NCBI GenBank assembly: GCA_963718665.1 | Contig: OY970359.1 | Location: 128,001-192,000 of the forward strand | Direction: 5' to 3' | DNA length: 64,000 nucleotides | DNA from: an uncultured Phycisphaerales bacterium | GTDB taxonomy: Bacteria; Planctomycetota; Phycisphaerae; Sedimentisphaerales; Anaerobacaceae | Shown here: piece after piece, positions 61,910 through 64,000 of the stretch | Position numbering within the stretch: position 1 is the stretch's first letter | How the letters are laid out: the number at the start of each line of letters is the position of its first letter | Position numbers and translations under genes: made by a program | Notes under the pieces: generated by a model | The model's input: the letters and a program-made list of their open reading frames with translations, nothing else | The model's database searches: none | What the model was told of the DNA's origin: nothing

Positions 61910-62974
61910 TCAGACCGACCTCATAGCAAGACCCGCGGCAACAACCATAGCCGGACCTTTTGACTGAATTACTTCAAGACACTGCCTGTCCACATTGCAT
62001 TTCATAGTATCAAAGGGATTCCAGAGGACTACTTTGATGGGCAGTTGTTTGTTGAGTATATCGACGAATCCTTTGACCATTCCAAAAGTTCCGCACACAA
62101 GAAGCTGCTCGACTGGCGCAGATTTGGCCTGAGTGCTGTGATAACGCAGGGTTTCGGCAACGTCGCTGACTAATTTTATGGACGCCTTTTCCATACTGGC
62201 CTGCAGATTCTCCGGAGCTATCGTTGGCGAGGCGGAATCGTAAAGCTCATCTTCCACACTTTTTGCGCTAACGTTGTTTTCTTTCGCAATCTGACCGACA
62301 ATATCATTCCCTGCGTAAGGGACAGTTCTGACAAACGGCAAACCATTTTCGCCCATTACGGCGAGGGTAGCACAGGATGTGCCGATATCGAGAACCGCTG
62401 ATGTGCTGATGTTTATGCCGGTGTTTTTGTCTGCATTAAGACAATTAAGCAATGCGAGTCCATCGACATCCATCATAACACAGGACATATTCGCTTTCTC
62501 TACAATTCGAATTTTACGTTGTATCACATCATTCGACGCAGCGACGAGAACGCCCGCGGCGGTATTGTCGGACTCGTCTGACGGGATAATCTGATAATCG
62601 ACGACGCCTTCATCGACGTTGAATGGGCAGACCTGCGACGCTTCAAGCCGAACAGCGCCATCAAGCTCTTCTGTTTGCAGAGGCGGGAACTTGAATGGTC
62701 GCACTGCTACTTCAGGCCCCGAGACGCTGCATACCGCCCAGCGAGCGTTTTTTCTGGCGAAAACCATGCACTTCTGAACCGCTTGAACAATGTTCTCTTC
62801 TCTGACAGCAACGTCGGCGTTATCCCGCTCGATATCGCAAACGTGGGCGGCAACAACTGTGCATCCGTCGCCGTTTTTGGCAAGCTGAATCATCCTGACA
62901 GAGGATGAGCCGATGTCAAGTCCAAGAACATCATCCTGGCTACACCCGAGCAATCGTTTCCAGTTAAAACTCAT
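61910..62974 (-). CDS. pilM: Type IV pilus assembly protein PilM
   Basis: LGLDIGSSSVR, VLDIGTS, LWNPF, VAAGLAMR. Confidence 0.92.
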   Translation of the reverse strand: MSFNWKRLLGCSQDDVLGLDIGSSSVRMIQLAKNGDGCTVVAAHVCDIERDNADVAVREENIVQAVQKCMVFARKNARWAVCSVSGPEVAVRPFKFPPLQTEELDGAVRLEASQVCPFNVDEGVVDYQIIPSDESDNTAAGVLVAASNDVIQRKIRIVEKANMSCVMMDVDGLALLNCLNADKNTGINISTSAVLDIGTSCATLAVMGENGLPFVRTVPYAGNDIVGQIAKENNVSAKSVEDELYDSASPTIAPENLQASMEKASIKLVSDVAETLRYHSTQAKSAPVEQLLVCGTFGMVKGFVDILNKQLPIKVVLWNPFDTMKCNVDRQCLEVIQSKGPAMVVAAGLAMRSV

Positions 62975-63435
62975 AATGCTTTCAGCCCTTTCTTCGGCCA
63001 AACCATGCAAAAGCAGTTTTTTCGTACAACCGCCAATGCGATTCAATATCAAACGCCATTCATTCATCGGCCTGCAAAATGGTGTGTTTTAGATATAAAT
63101 TGCGATGAGTGAATAATGTGGCGTTTTTGATATTTATCCATTATTGCGGGTTCCGTATGCCCTATAAGAAACGATGATTGATATCGCTAATGCGTCTTTT
63201 GGGCCTTTTCAGGTCGTTGTGCGGTTATAATGCAAAGCTGAGAAATAGTCGGCTTGAGCATGTCTATAAAACAAAAAGCCCCCTGCCGTAGTTATCGGTC
63301 GTAAATTGGTTTGTCCCGCGTATTGGGTAGTGCGTGCTGTGTCGCACAGCGCAGGACAGCGGGAAAGAACCCCCGCATTAAGAACAATACTTTTAAAGCA
63401 TAGGAAATAAAGTCAACGAAGACAAATTATGAGGG

Positions 63436-63549
63436 AATTGATGATTGATGATTACAGATTGTCGATTGCGGATTAAAAAAATGGTGTGCACAGCACACCC
63501 TGCAAATCACAAAGACGAAGAAATGTCCAACATCGAACATTGAACAGAA
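63436..63549. repeat. Two facing 7-nt arrays around a REP-like hairpin
   Basis: AATTGAT GATTGAT GATTACA GATTGTC GATTGCG GATTAAA; GGTGTGC-ACA-GCACACC; AATGTCC AACATCG AACATTG AACAGAA. Confidence 0.7.
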
Positions 63550-63556
63550 AAACCTA

Positions 63557-63991
63557 TCAGGGTATTTCGGTAAAATTTCCTGCGCTGTCGAGGGTCATCT
63601 GCCTTGGGGCGGTGGGTGCGTCACCACTGAGCGACTTGGTGGCATCAACGGTAATCAGGTAATCGTTGTACCCGTTGAACGCTATGGAGAAACATTCATC
63701 GGTGAAGAACTTGCCGTCGAGATCCCCGCCTGTCACCCCTGGATTTACGACAAAACCAAGCTGTGTCAGGGTCGTGCCTGGATAATTGTAGCTTGAGCCC
63801 ATTTGCGCACAATAGGTTCGTGCGGCGGTGCGAATAGTGCCGGCGATGGCCTTGCCTTCAGACCATTTGGAGGCATCGGCTCGGTTCAGCATATATGGAA
63901 TCGCCGCGGCGGATAATACGCCGATGATGAAAAGAACTACCATCAGCTCGATAAGCGTGAAACCTTCTTTAGTTCTGGAATTAAATATCAT
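63557..63991 (-). CDS. Type IVa pilin (PilA/PilE-like)
   Basis: EG|FTLIELMVVLFIIGVLSAAAIP.Y, SEGKA; 144 aa. Confidence 0.9.
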   Translation of the reverse strand: MIFNSRTKEGFTLIELMVVLFIIGVLSAAAIPYMLNRADASKWSEGKAIAGTIRTAARTYCAQMGSSYNYPGTTLTQLGFVVNPGVTGGDLDGKFFTDECFSIAFNGYNDYLITVDATKSLSGDAPTAPRQMTLDSAGNFTEIP

Positions 63992-64000
63992 AACAATCCG

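Overview
A 64-kb chromosomal segment that by inference comes from an anaerobic planctomycete (Phycisphaerae/Sedimentisphaerales-like). Housekeeping genes include serA, a phosphohexomutase, suhB, lpdA, a split fab/plsX/rpmF cluster, hemL, an LpxL-like acyltransferase, polX, mntH and tRNA-Cys. There is an acetate/protein-acetylation trio (ADP-forming acyl-CoA synthetase, CoA-transferase-GNAT fusion, HDAC-family deacetylase) and two type IV pilus/T2SS-like clusters (pilB1-pilT, pilB2-pilC plus seven prepilin-like genes; pilin-pilMNO-ParA stub-pilP-like-secretin). Less obvious signals read from the sequence are: (1) a window-wide family of 7-nt tandem arrays that bracket a four-helix-bundle gene and other accessory genes in inverted orientation and form the leader peptides of three prepilins; (2) a recurring D/E-P-N (also D-A-N, D-P-C) motif in exported proteins, a candidate modification signal; (3) an AT-rich island with a dockerin/NTF2-like protein and a secreted Zn-phospholipase C/P1-nuclease-like protein; (4) two small genes missed by the ORF track, a 40-aa nine-cysteine metallothionein-like protein and a 27-aa Arg/Lys-rich peptide; (5) a candidate ~65-nt sRNA with its own promoter and terminator. 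Two single-base frameshifts (fabH and a membrane protein) may be sequencing errors. All family calls come from motif recognition; no database search was run.
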